The notes under the pieces are model-generated. The model was not told the origin of the DNA, did not search any database, and was given only the letters and a program-made list of their open reading frames with translations. A stretch of DNA of 63,993 nucleotides, the filler included, from Piptocephalis cylindrospora (Eukaryota): assembly GCA_003614145.1 (NCBI GenBank). It is 3 parts of 3 records of this genome, joined end to end, with 100 filler letters (N's around TTAATTAATTAA, not from the genome) between each part and the next. Parts side by side here need not be neighbours in the genome. Positions count along the whole stretch, not along the records: positions 48,836 to 63,993 come from KZ987905.1; 2 more parts are not named here. One strand, given 5' to 3'. Each line of letters begins with the position of its first letter. The first letter of the stretch is position 1. The translations under genes were made by a program, and so were the position numbers. This document shows positions 51,271 through 62,635 of the stretch, one piece after another.

Positions 51271-51310
51271 TTTTTTTTTTCCAAAAGAGGGGGCTTTTTT
51301 TGGGAAATAT
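51110..51310. repeat. Low-complexity (TG)n, poly-G, poly-A and poly-T tract; probably low-quality sequence
   Basis: gtgtgt run, G-runs, an A-run of about 35 nt directly followed by a T-run. Confidence 0.75.
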
Positions 51311-51441
51311 TGAAGAGATGCGGGCTGACGAATCAAGATGGTATGGGGAGGGGGGGAGATGAGGGTTGTAGATGAGGCGAACGAGGCATATTATCCCTAT
51401 ATCCCATTCCTGTGGGGAAAAGAGAAGGGAGCGTGGGAGGT

Positions 51442-52176
51442 CTAGAGCTTGGAGGCCAGGTCAGCGCACTGATCATAGCCCTCCTGCTTTAGCCAGTCCT
51501 TTTCGGTGGCCTTGGAGACATCACGTGCCCAGGAACAAGTGGATCGGAAGGCATCAAAGAGGGTTAAACGGACGGATTCGGCCAGGTAGACAGTGGGAGC
51601 AAGATCAGAAAAACCATTGACGGCCAGGTAGTAGCTGGAGGCACACTTGGACTGACAGATCTTATCGCTGATCTCGGACATGGGACGCTTCGAGTCATGG
51701 TTAAGAACGGTCATGACCATGTCGGTGAGGACGTTGAGGCAAGGCCGGTTGTCGTATTTGGCGCAGGCCGAATTAGTGGCCTTGCGGTTGGACCAGTTAC
51801 GATAGACATCGTGGGAGGTGTAGGGAGCAATGATATTGGTGGCATTGGCAGTCTTGGAATCGGTATGACAGGAAGCTGCAATGCGTTGGGAGGCCCGGAT
51901 GGTGATGTCAAGGCAATCGGAGGGCTGGGTGAGCTCGAGGCCACAGGCTGCAGCGGGACTGGCCATGGAAAGACCTGAGACTGGGTGGCACTTCCTTAAG
52001 TTGGGGAAGAGGGAGGGTAAGCTCTTGAGGGTGGTCGTGCAAGCAGCCGAGGTATCAATGACATCATCCGCAAACGGAATGATACTTCCAGCAGCGGAAA
52101 GTCCCGAGACGCCTTCAGAAAGAAGGAAGGCGCCGTAGGTGGCTGTAGCAAGGATGAAAGAAGAGGTAGTACGCAT
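51442..52176 (-). CDS. Secreted cysteine-rich protein of unknown function (244 aa)
   Basis: ATG at 52176 gives signal-like MRTTSSFILATATYGAFLLSEGVSG. There are 11 Cys in the mature region. Intronless. Confidence 0.72.
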   Translation of the reverse strand: MRTTSSFILATATYGAFLLSEGVSGLSAAGSIIPFADDVIDTSAACTTTLKSLPSLFPNLRKCHPVSGLSMASPAAACGLELTQPSDCLDITIRASQRIAASCHTDSKTANATNIIAPYTSHDVYRNWSNRKATNSACAKYDNRPCLNVLTDMVMTVLNHDSKRPMSEISDKICQSKCASSYYLAVNGFSDLAPTVYLAESVRLTLFDAFRSTCSWARDVSKATEKDWLKQEGYDQCADLASKL

Positions 52177-53940
52177 AGTGGCGGGTGGGGGGAGAGACTT
52201 GCAGTACTGTAGGAGATGAGTACTAAAGAGAAAGGAGAGAGGAAGAGAGAGAGGGAGAGAGAGGGGGAAGAGGACAAGAGGGGGAAATGAGGGATTTACT
52301 GAAGTGAGCTGGGGGCAGGGTGGGAGAGGTGGGGGCAAGAGTGGCAGTTCGAAGACTTGGGAGGAAGCAATGGGACGCAGAGCGACAGAGCTACACAGTA
52401 GACGACGCTTGAGGGGACGGAGGGAGGTGGCCTAGAAAGAGAGGGAGGGAGGGGAGGAGGTGGGGAGGAATTTGAACGGTAAGGATAATGAGGCCTTTTC
52501 ATCCGTCTTATAGCCGCCGACTAGTTTGGACCGACTCATCTAAGAAATGCCTCAACAGAGTTGGACAGGGTGAGGAGGACAAGGGGCGGAGTGGAAAAGA
52601 TAACCCAGCCAAGATCATAAGGACAAGAAAAAGCCGCGCACAAAGCGGAAGAGACCTTGCCAGGGCAGTACGGAGCTTGACAAGCACAGCCCAGCCCAGG
52701 CAGTGTTGTTGGGATATAGTGGACACACACAGCTCGGTGTAGCTTCCGCCGAAGCAAATGAGAATGAAACTCATTGGTAAATCTGGCTATGGATGCTCAA
52801 GGAGGGAGAGGCTCAGGCACTGATCCCTTCACTTTATCCCATTAGTCCAGGTGGAGAGAGGATGGAGAGAAAAACGACATGACGCTGAATCATTTCCAAC
52901 ATAATGGGTAGGACCCATTGCATGTTCCTTGACAAATGGATGAGGATCCCCGTCCCCACTCCTTCTAGGGCGGATTGTGACGCGATACGGATGAACGAAA
53001 GGAGTCCCTTGTGTAAAGGGGTGTGCAGGGAGGGCTGTCAGGGCCGTTTGTGTGCCCTTTTACACTGTCGTGAGGAATGCCTGGGGACCAATGAGCTGGC
53101 CTAAAGCTCTCGTTCCCCTTTACTCTAGGGACCCCTCACATTTAATGAAGCCCGTAGTAAGAGAGGGGGCATGCAGTGCTGGGGGGCATGACCAGTCGTT
53201 GCGATCAAGGCTTATGGTAGCAAGGGTCCTACTGGACTCCTTGATCATCAACCTGGTCCCATTTTTTCTGGGTAAAAGGGCATAAACGGCGAGGATACTC
53301 ACGGCCATGGCTAGAAAAATGAGGGCCTTACTGTTCAGGATCTGGCCATTTCATGCCAAGAGTTTACTCGGGGGGATGGGGCGCCTTCGGGTGAAAGGCA
53401 TTCCAAATGAGCTGAAGTAGGATGTTTAGAGCAGATCTACTTCTTGTTATTGAATGGGACAGTTTGATGAAAAACAGCCCTTTCGTTATTATGGATTCAT
53501 GCTTTGCCCATGCTGGGAATAATAGATCTAGCCTCGTTAATATGGCCAGATTCATTCGGGCTCCCTCTTTAGGGGCGGGGGATTCAAGGATGGTCGGTAC
53601 TAAGGATTGCTAGTCCTACAGGCGAGAAGTAATGGGTGACCTCAACTTGAGAGTTTGCATCAGAACATAGCTCAAGAAAAGTCTTTGTATCGTGGGAAGA
53701 GGAAAGAACATACTTATCACTGTTAAAAGATTGCGTGTCTCGAGCCTTTGTTGACCTGGAAGAGGGTCGGACTGGGTTTACTACCATAAAGTACCGTGAG
53801 CCATTTCAAGTCTTTGTTGACCCGAGTGCGCGTTTTCCCTTGCATCCTGCTCATCTTTTCTGATCTCTCTAACTTGAAATTCAAGTGATTCTTTGTTCAC
53901 CACTCTCGCTTCACAAGATCCCCATCCGTACAGGAGAGAG

Positions 53941-55774
53941 ATGTCAGAGGAGGAAAATTCCTTGACCTGTCCGGTGTGTCCACTTGATCTGACCACCTTG
54001 TCCTTGGAGGTCAGTGTGGGTGTAGAGCGAGGAGTCTTCATAGGGATCGGATGCCTTGGACGTGCTCAAGTCATCCATCATATTTCTTACGCCCCTCTCT
54101 CTCTCTCTTTCTTCCGATCTTTTGGTGAGCTAGGCTAGACAAAACCATGTCCTGCAATGTTTGGAGAAGGAAGACAACAGCGAAGACGTCTTGTTTACTC
54201 CCACCCTACCCAATGATGTGCCTGTCCAGGAAGCAGGATCCCAGGATCAACATCAATGGTCAATCGTATTTAAAAGGCCCGCATCAGATCCCATAAATCC
54301 GACTGGTACGGAAAAGAAGAGGTATAAGCAGTCTTCGAGCCCTATCGCGGGACCTGGCAATGGATCGGAAAGGCGACGAAAAAGAGCCTGTCCATTCTAC
54401 AAGTGGATCCCCGGCACCAAAGTGACCGTAGATGCCTTTGCTTTTGGGGCAATCCAAGAATGTGATGCCTATTTTCTCACGTGAGTTCACCATCACCTTT
54501 TCTTACCTCTCTTCCGAGCTTACTTTTGCCCTCTTCCGTCCCTAGGCACTTTCACTCGGACCACTATGGTGGGCTTACCAAGACCTGGGCCCATGGCCCA
54601 ATATTCTGCTCGCATGTCACGGCCAATCTGGTCAAGGGACGTCTGGGAGTGCAGGAGGACTGGGTAAAGCCTTTGGAGATGGATCGAGCCATTTACATCC
54701 CTGAGCTTAAGGGCCATGTCACATTGATCGAAGCAAACCAGTACGTCATGCACTCCATTCCCTTGGATAAAAAAACACCCATCTAATTAGAATTTTCCCA
54801 TGTAACCGTCATAATGCTAAAGTTGTCCAGGATCGGTTCTATTTCTGTTTGAACTCGCGGATCAACCCGGCCAGGAGAAACGAGCCATCCTACACACAGG
54901 CGACTTTCGCGCTATCCCCGATCAGATCCGACATCCCTCTTTAAGAAATCGCCTTCTTCACACCTTATTTCTCGACACCACCTATCTCGACCCAAAGTAT
55001 ACCTTTCCTCCTCAAACCCTTGTTTTGGAGGAGATTCAAAGGGTGTGTCGTGAGCTTGGAGGACCTGAGATGGAGAACCCCATCGCAAATGCTCCTAGCC
55101 CCACCCTCCTGCAACGATGGTTGCTCGGGGGGAAAACCCCAAACAAGGAGACACCCACCTCCGCTGCAAAGTCCTATTCCTCCAGAGAAAAAACTCTATT
55201 CCTCGTGGGGACCTACTCGATTGGAAAGGAAAGAGTGATAAAAGCCGTGGCCCAGGCTCTTGGGAGTAAAGTGTGGGCCTCGGGGGAGAAGCGCCGGATC
55301 CTCGGGTGGCTTCAGGATGACACGCTCTCCTCCCTTCTCACCACGGACCCCACTGAAGCCCAGGTTCATTGCTGTGGTATGTGGGATCTTAAAGAAGAGG
55401 CCCTGGCCGAGTACCTGTCTGCTCATGTCCTCAAGGGCACTGGGTACACACGACTCGTGGCCTTTCGTCCCACCGGCTGGACCTTTTCCCCTCCCAAGGG
55501 AAGAGGGGAACAAACACCAGACCGTGTGGTCCTCCAAGCAAAACGTCTTACCCCTCAAGTATGGATTTACCCAGTCCCTTACTCGGAGCACAGTAGTTTC
55601 CGGGAGCTACAGGGCTTTATCCGGTCCATACAAGTAGAGCGGGTCATCCCTACGGTCGGGGTAAGCTCTCCACAGACACGGAAAAGAATGACCTATTGGC
55701 TGGGCCGATGGAAGGAGGACAAGGCCAAGAATGGTTTATCCCCCCTGCCCGACCCCTTGATCCCCCATTGGTGA
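53941..55774 (+). CDS. PSO2: DNA cross-link repair nuclease SNM1A/Pso2 (MBL + beta-CASP, N-terminal UBZ-like finger); multi-exon
   Basis: CPVC..HVLQC finger, CPFYKWIPGT..VDAF, YFLT/HFHSDHYGGL, EANH/CPGS, LHTGDFR, LFLDTTY, VGTYSIGKER, AFRPTGW, VPYSEHSSFREL, VIPTV. Confidence 0.93.
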
Positions 55775-56632
55775 GGGGACTGTATAGATGGAGGGGAGAA
55801 GAGGAGGGATCTTGCGGTAATGTGTACCATGTCTGTGCCTTGTCTCTACCTCTTACTCGAGAACGAGGGGGAGAATGGACCGCTTCTTGTCGTTATACTT
55901 ACGTGCTCTAGCATATGCTCATTTAATTAGCTTACCATTCAATGATATGTACGCAAGGATAAAGCATGGTGGATGGTCTAGATCTTCAAGGATGGTCGAT
56001 ACACTTTCCCCTTCTCTTTCCATTCGCATTACGTCGATCAACCCCTGCACCATCGACCCCATCATCCCTTCTTCCTTTTTCCCTTCAGGGGAGTGCCGTG
56101 GTCCCATGTCCTCGAGCACGTTCATGCGGGGAAGAGTAGCTCTGGGCCCTCCTGTGGTCCTGGTCCATTCCTTCCCAAGCAGCGGCCCATGCACAGGGAG
56201 GCGGAGTCGACACGCGCTGAAGATACTTTGTCCACTCCTCACATCGGAGTTTCGTCAGTGCTCCTCCCAAGATCCTAGAGGAGTGAGACAAGGGCTTCCT
56301 CGTCCCATCCAGCCAGTCATCCTCTCTTGCAGTCAAAAGGGTCCACCCTTCCTAGTCTGCTTGATGGATCCTCTCTTTCATCGTGTAGTGCAAGGGACAT
56401 CCTTTGAGAGGATGAAACACCTGGCCTAATCTCATGACTCTGTATACCATATACCTTTGAGCGCACCACCTTTCCTTTTCCTTTTATCCCTTCCTTTCCC
56501 TCGTCCCCATTCTCTTAGACTATTTACCTCTTACTTCATCCTTCCATTTTTTACTCTACCCCTTACTCTATCCTCTTCTTACTCGATACTCCTTCCATTC
56601 CTTACTCTCTCTCCCTCCCAAGCCATATCATC

Positions 56633-58094
56633 ATGCTCCCCACTCATCCTCCCATCCTCCTTCATCCCTCACAAGAGGGAGCAATGGAAGGAATAGAGGA
56701 GGATGAGGACAGGATCCTCATTACCTCTTCCTCCCCTCTACATCTTTCTACTCTTTCATCCAATCCTCCCGTATCCCAAGTATCATCCATACTTTTGGAA
56801 TCCTCCTATCCGGCACTGCTTTCAGATCTAGGGACCCCTTCCTCCTTCCTCACAGATGGAACCGTTAGTGTCAATGGCAAGATGCATCGGTCTAGGGAAG
56901 CAGGAAAATGGAGATGGTTCCCTACCTCTCATCGGGCTCGTCTATCCCTTGCCTGTTCCTTTGCACGAAGTATAGCCAGTATCATCATCACCTCCCTCCT
57001 TCTAGGACAAGGAGTAAGCTATTCCGCCGATTCAATCCAGCATGGGATTTCACATGATGATCAAGTGGTCTACTATTCCATCCTCCTTGTTGCCTCCCCT
57101 TTCTCCTCTCTACTTCTTTGGGACGCCCTGGTTCATAAGAATACTATCCAAGTAGTGGCCGTCACAGCCTTTGACTGGTTCTTCCTCTTGTATACATCCC
57201 TACTGTTGATGTACACTCAAAAGACGTGGTCCCATTACTGGGTGGAACATCCGGTCCAAGGCTCTCGAACCCTTCTGTTGATTCTCTTACCCATCCTGGG
57301 TCTTTCTTGCATCCTTCTCAGCATCGCTGCCCGATCCATCTATAGTGACTTTGGCTGGATGGTCTTTAAGCAGCTTGGAGCCGATCGATCCGTACGCCGT
57401 AAGTTGTATCGGAGTCATGGCCTATGATTATTAAAGAGGGAGACATTGATATCCTCACCTCTTTTCCCATAGGCATGTACAAGATATACCTAAAAATGAT
57501 TACCTTACTGAAGATGGATATCTTCTTCTTTGTCGTCTACTCGGTGCAGCAAGCCATTCTTGGGAAGGAGCCTACGGGAGATATGACCGCATGGATCCAG
57601 GTGGCTGCGGCCATTCCTCTGGCCATATTGGTCCTCTTCATGGGATTGTACTCGGTGGAACATGAGAATAGGACGGGCATGGCCCTCTTTATGGTCGGGT
57701 GTTTTGCGTGTTTAGGTTATCTCACCTACCGGATCTACCGGACATTCCATCCCTCATACAACAGTGGCCAAGCGCTGACATTTCTCCTGCTCACCCTCCT
57801 TATCACGTTGATCCTCGTCATGGTCACCATTGCTTGTGCCTGGATGTCCCTTCGGACCTTTGGTCAGGGCCTACGCGAGCATGGTAAGTTCACGTTTTTT
57901 GCCTGTTTCACGCTAAGGGATTCTTGGCTTCGATATAGTACTCATACTCTCTGACACCATTAGTGGTGAGGAATAAAGTGAGAAATCAGCGAAGAAACTC
58001 TATGTTGCGAGTCCCTCGATGGGATCAACGCATCCAGGCTCATGGAGGGTCTATCGTGGATTCCACCTATTCTCCTCGATGGATCATTGAATAG
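56633..58094 (+). CDS. UPF0658-family polytopic (Golgi-type) membrane protein; 3 exons
   Basis: WDALVHKNTIQVV, IYSDFGWMVFKQLGADRSVRR/MYKIYLKMITLLKMDIFFFV, EHENRTGM, TFGQGLREH and C-terminal RWIIE*. Start codon uncertain (56633 or 56684). Confidence 0.78.
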
Positions 58095-58590
58095 GAATGT
58101 CTTTTTAAGCATGAAGTGGCCCTTTTTGCCACGTAGGATGCATTCATGTAGTTTAATAATAGAATATATTTTAATCGCATACGGATGTATACCTATACAC
58201 GTCGCATTCACTCCAGGTTAGGTATCAGAGCTTTAAGATCAGTATGACAGGTGTGCAGTCGATGGCTTATTTGTGTTAAACGCGCCTCTGGTACAGTATA
58301 GACATCAGAGAAAAAAGACACGATGTTGCTAGAGGTCTGAGTATAAAGGAGAAATAAAAGACTAAGAAGGACTCTTCTGAGGCACGGAGGTTCAATGATC
58401 AAATATATTGGGGAAGTGTATCCAGAGTGTCCTTATTTATAGAGGAATCATCATCCAGGATGGCTTCTTATTATAAGGACAAGTACGGGAACCTTTTACC
58501 CATTTGTCTTTGAATCAACTACACAGCACATCTTCCATCTCTTGCCTATCATCCTCACACATGTCACATAACGATTTCCTAGTCGTTACA

Positions 58591-59565
58591 TTAGTAGTAC
58601 TCGTTTCCAAGTCCCTCGAGGTCCTTCTTGTAGCTTTCAAGGTGAATAGTTTTGACCATCTGGAGGTCCTTATTCTCGAGGACACCCTGAAGATCACTGA
58701 TGCGATCGGCTGCGTCTGGCCAAGTTGTATCAGGATAGCAGCACAAGAGGGATCGTCGGGTGTGAAGAAACCGGGTAAGGTAGGTGGACTCGCATTCATT
58801 TTCTTTGCGTTCACCTGTGAGGGCGATGATGCGCTGGATATTGATGTCGGGCTCGGTGAGTTGCCAGCCATGCTGGATAATGGTGTCATAAAAGAGGGCC
58901 TGACCTAAGGGGGAGGTAACATTGAGGGTGGCGGCAAAACGACGTCCCGGGGTCATGTACATTTGGTCATTGAGGGTGTCTTGGGCCTTGGGGAAGGCCG
59001 GATCCTTGAGGGCGGCCACCTTCCAGGCTTTGTCAAAGCCATGGAGTTGAGAAGTGGAGGCCCTACCTGTGTCACACCGATTGAGGGAGGAGAGGTGGCG
59101 GAGCTCAGGAAGATAGCGGGTAAGGGCTTTGGCTTGGGTGGTTGTAGAGGTTCGGTTGTACAATTCAATCAACTCCAGGGCATCTCCAGTCCCAGTGGTG
59201 AAGCCCACACGACCAGCCGTGTAACCCCGACCATCCCCGAGATCTTCCACAGCAGCGTACCCAAAGGCCTCTTCACCATTTTCGAATATGTTGGTCAAGG
59301 TTTCAGCCAGATGCTTCTGCTTGGGGGTAAGGGGTGGGGGAGGGGGGAAAGATGTGATATCCGGGAAGGGGCTAGCGCCTGGAGGTAAGATAGAACAACC
59401 TGAGCCTGAAGAAGGGGATGCCTGCTTGGGAGAGAACTGAAACATGGCGCAGGTTGCGTTGGTGGGAAAGTATTTTCCTTCGCAGAAGGGAAACGTCTTT
59501 CCCTGGGCAGCTTGAGCGGCCAGGAGGGCCAAAAGGAGGTTGAAGGGGTAGGAGGGAACGATCAT
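58591..59565 (-). CDS. Secreted GH46 chitosanase
   Basis: Signal peptide, Pro-rich linker, LTNIFENG (catalytic Glu), EDLGDGRGYTAGRVGFTTGTGDALEL (GH46 signature with catalytic Asp), LGQALFYDTIIQHG, ESTYLTRFLHTRR. Intronless. Confidence 0.92.
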   Translation of the reverse strand: MIVPSYPFNLLLALLAAQAAQGKTFPFCEGKYFPTNATCAMFQFSPKQASPSSGSGCSILPPGASPFPDITSFPPPPPLTPKQKHLAETLTNIFENGEEAFGYAAVEDLGDGRGYTAGRVGFTTGTGDALELIELYNRTSTTTQAKALTRYLPELRHLSSLNRCDTGRASTSQLHGFDKAWKVAALKDPAFPKAQDTLNDQMYMTPGRRFAATLNVTSPLGQALFYDTIIQHGWQLTEPDINIQRIIALTGERKENECESTYLTRFLHTRRSLLCCYPDTTWPDAADRISDLQGVLENKDLQMVKTIHLESYKKDLEGLGNEYY

Positions 59566-60019
59566 GTTGGGATGGGCACAGCCGCAGGGTTGTTGGGGAT
59601 AGATGGTATATCGGAGAGATACCGAGGAAAGTAGATGATGGCGCAGAGAGAACCCACTGGGTAATGAGTAGGATGATTGGGGAAGGGGAGAGGGGGAGGA
59701 TGGGCTGGAAGAAAAGGTAAGGAAATTTGAGAAGGAATAGGATCCCTCCCCCCGCTCTTATACACTTTTCTCATTCACTCTCATCTCATTAACCTATTAA
59801 TCTCCCTTACCGCCCCTTCGATTCCCCTGTCTTACTTGCATGTTACAGCTGACATCAATGGCTTCTTATGTTGAAATGTCCGTTACCCTCCTACCAGCGC
59901 CTGCCAGCCCTTAGTATCATCTCATGGGTTCCCCTGTTCCTGTCCCTAGACTAAGGGGATTACGGAGACAGCCACTTCTTTCATCCGTCTACCTCCCACT
60001 CAGGTCATAGATTGTCGAT

Positions 60020-60405
60020 GAAACTAGTGCTCCTCACCAATAATATGTCTCATACCTCTCCCCTCTCCAAGCACTATAAGCGGGGAGCGAAAAATACATG
60101 GCATGAATGGGCTGACAAAGCCATGGTTTCCACTCATTCACCTTGACTCTCTATGCGCACCTACTGAATTCGGCGCTCCTCCTCACCAATAATATGCCAT
60201 ACCTTTCTTTTCTCTAAGCATTATAGGCGGAGTATGAAAAATTTCTGTGGCACGAATAGGATGGCAGGGCCATGGCTTCACCCTCCATCTCTCACTTTGT
60301 TAGCGAAACTCGTGCTCCTCACCAATAAGATGTCATGTCTCTCCTCCAAGTATCATAGGCGGGGAATGGAAAGTCACTATGCCACAGATGGGATGAAGAG
60401 GATAG
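60020..60405. repeat. Three diverged tandem copies of a ~140-bp non-coding unit upstream of the chitosanase
   Basis: Core CTCACCAATAA at 60033, 60182 and 60318. Each copy is followed by ATG..CAT, a pyrimidine tract, AAG(C/T)A..ATA(A/G)GCGG(G/A)G and GAAA. Copies 1 and 2 also share TGGCA.GAAT.GG.TG.CA..GCCATGG. Confidence 0.85.
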
Positions 60406-61515
60406 GTGTATATATCGCTGTTTTCGCTTACGCTAAAACGTCCCCTGCTCAGGGGAAGTAATGTGGAGCTTGTGATGGGAAAGAGGTGGGGAGGGTGAAT
60501 AACAAGGTGGGATGTTTCCATTGGGGAGGGAGCAGGCTGTATTCCATTGAAAAGTTATTGTACCAAATTTGACATTGTTCGATATGGGCGGGGAGCTTGA
60601 GATGGTCGTAGTCCAAGGAAATAGTCAACACGCCTATGCATCCATCAAGAATTGTTGTTGAAACCATTCTATTCTCCCCAGTGAGGTAGACGCTAAAGGC
60701 ATCCGAACACAATACCTGCCTCATTCGGCCGGCCTGCGTGGTACCAGAAACAATGTTCCCGACGTGTGTCCTGTACTGTAATTTTTGAAATGAACACTAC
60801 AGAAAACCATTAGTGCACCCCCTCCCAGGGTAGATGACCATGGAATCCACAAGAAAGATGGTAGCCAGCAGTGGAGATAGTGCCATTGGGGTTCTTGGAC
60901 TTGACCTAGCGCAAGGGAGGGATAACACACTCGGAGTTGAACCTGGGACCTTGCAGCCTAAAGGGAGAAGATTAGACGACTAGGCTGTGGGAAGTATATA
61001 TGTACCTATCAAGAGCCATCCGAGTGATCAGCTAGGAATGCTTATCATCCGGAAAATTGCTTTGATAAAGGGAATGTATTTATCGGGAGTCACATCACAC
61101 CTCATCTTGGCTTGGCTACTCATGTCGATCTGAAGTTCTGGTCATCCCTTGAAGGACGATTATCATCAAGATCCGACATGGTATCCCTTGCTGATGCTGG
61201 GGCTCAGACAAAAGGCCCTGGGGTTTTGTAGGGATCCAAGGGTCCCTTCTTGGAGTCTCAGGTGAGGAAATATATGCACCCCATCATTCTCTAGACCCTG
61301 TCCCTCTTGTAATGGTATAAGATACCCCTGGAGAAGGGATGGATGGCCCGGGGATTGTGCTCTTATGACCTACAGGATAGGGTATATAATCATAAGGGAT
61401 GGATGATCATTTTGATTGACATTCTTGCCCTATCCTTACCTTTCCTCACATCTCCCTCTCTGTCTCTGTCTCTGTCTCTTTCCTGTCCTACCCTAACCTA
61501 ACTCTCTTTGTCAGC

Positions 61516-61830
61516 ATGCACTACTCAAGCACCTCAATCTTTGCCCTTGGCCTAATCCTGACCATGGCGCACCTTCCCAGTATTCTCCCTACACCGGTGG
61601 ATACACCCGTCACGACCCCTCATTCTAACATGGCTAGCACGGTCATGGACTCGAAGAGTCCGATTGACCATGGCCTGATGGGAGATGTCTCTTCCTCTGA
61701 ATCCGACTTGGATGGGATGAGTAGTGAATCCGATTCGGATGGTCCAAGCAGTAGTGATGAGGAAGATGGAGCGGGGGCGAAATCTGGACCATCTCCCCTT
61801 GGAGGGATTAAGGTTGGAGTGAGGCTGTGA
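61516..61830 (+). CDS. Small secreted Ser/Asp-rich protein (104 aa)
   Basis: Signal-like MHYSSTSIFALGLILTMAHLPSILP, acidic tandem SSESDLDG/SSESDSDG, and an upstream TATATAA plus pyrimidine-rich leader. Confidence 0.55.
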   Translation: MHYSSTSIFALGLILTMAHLPSILPTPVDTPVTTPHSNMASTVMDSKSPIDHGLMGDVSSSESDLDGMSSESDSDGPSSSDEEDGAGAKSGPSPLGGIKVGVRL

Positions 61831-62635
61831 AGTGGGGAGAGGGGCCTCATTCATAATGACCATAATACACGCCGTGTCTTTTTGATTTGTGTGTGAGGGG
61901 CCTCTATTCAAAATACAAGTCATGTTCTTCAAGTGGTCAGACCATAGGCGTAGATCAAAGCTCTTCTAGAAACTGGATATCGGGGACAGGGGAGGATATG
62001 ATTCCATTGCGAATCAACAAGAAAAAGAGGGAAAATGGAGAGAGGGGAAGGGAGAGCAGTAGAGGTTGGATGGGTAGGATGAGTGGGGAGAATCAAGGAA
62101 AAGATACTTGTTTCATTGACCATGCCATAGCAAGGCGCGACACACGGGAGGAGAAGAGAGGAAAGAAAGGAGGGGGAGGGAGAGGAGGGGAGGGAGAGGA
62201 GAGTGGGAGATGGGTAAGAGCTACACGCACATAAAACGACTCCAAGTGCCCCTTGCCCATGGTAGACACCTATGAGTAGCAGCATCACTGAGGATGGAGC
62301 TTAGGGTCTAAGCATGGGGAGGGAAGGGAGAAGAGGAAGAAGAGGGGGCAAGGAAGAGGGGGAAAAAGGATGAATGAGACGGGGCTAGCCCATCTACCTC
62401 TCATCCGTGCTTTTCCATCCTCCTCCTCACCTCCCCATGGCGCCTAGTAGCGTGTGCACATACACATCCTACCCGTTCAATCTGACCTCGCTCGTCTGAC
62501 CACCACACGACCGCAGGGATCCCCCTTCCCTCTTCTCCCCTCGCCCCCCTTGTACCCCCTATTCTTTCCGGCCCTACACACCATGGATTATACCCATACG
62601 ACTACACCGACCCGACCAGCACATCCCAGACCCCC

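Noticed and set aside
52488..53900. Several 60-90 aa ORFs between the secreted protein and PSO2
   Set aside because: No motifs or coherent exon chain.
60020..60405. Tandem repeat interpreted as a CRISPR array
   Set aside because: Eukaryotic context, no cas genes, and the inter-core sequences are homologous to each other rather than unique spacers.
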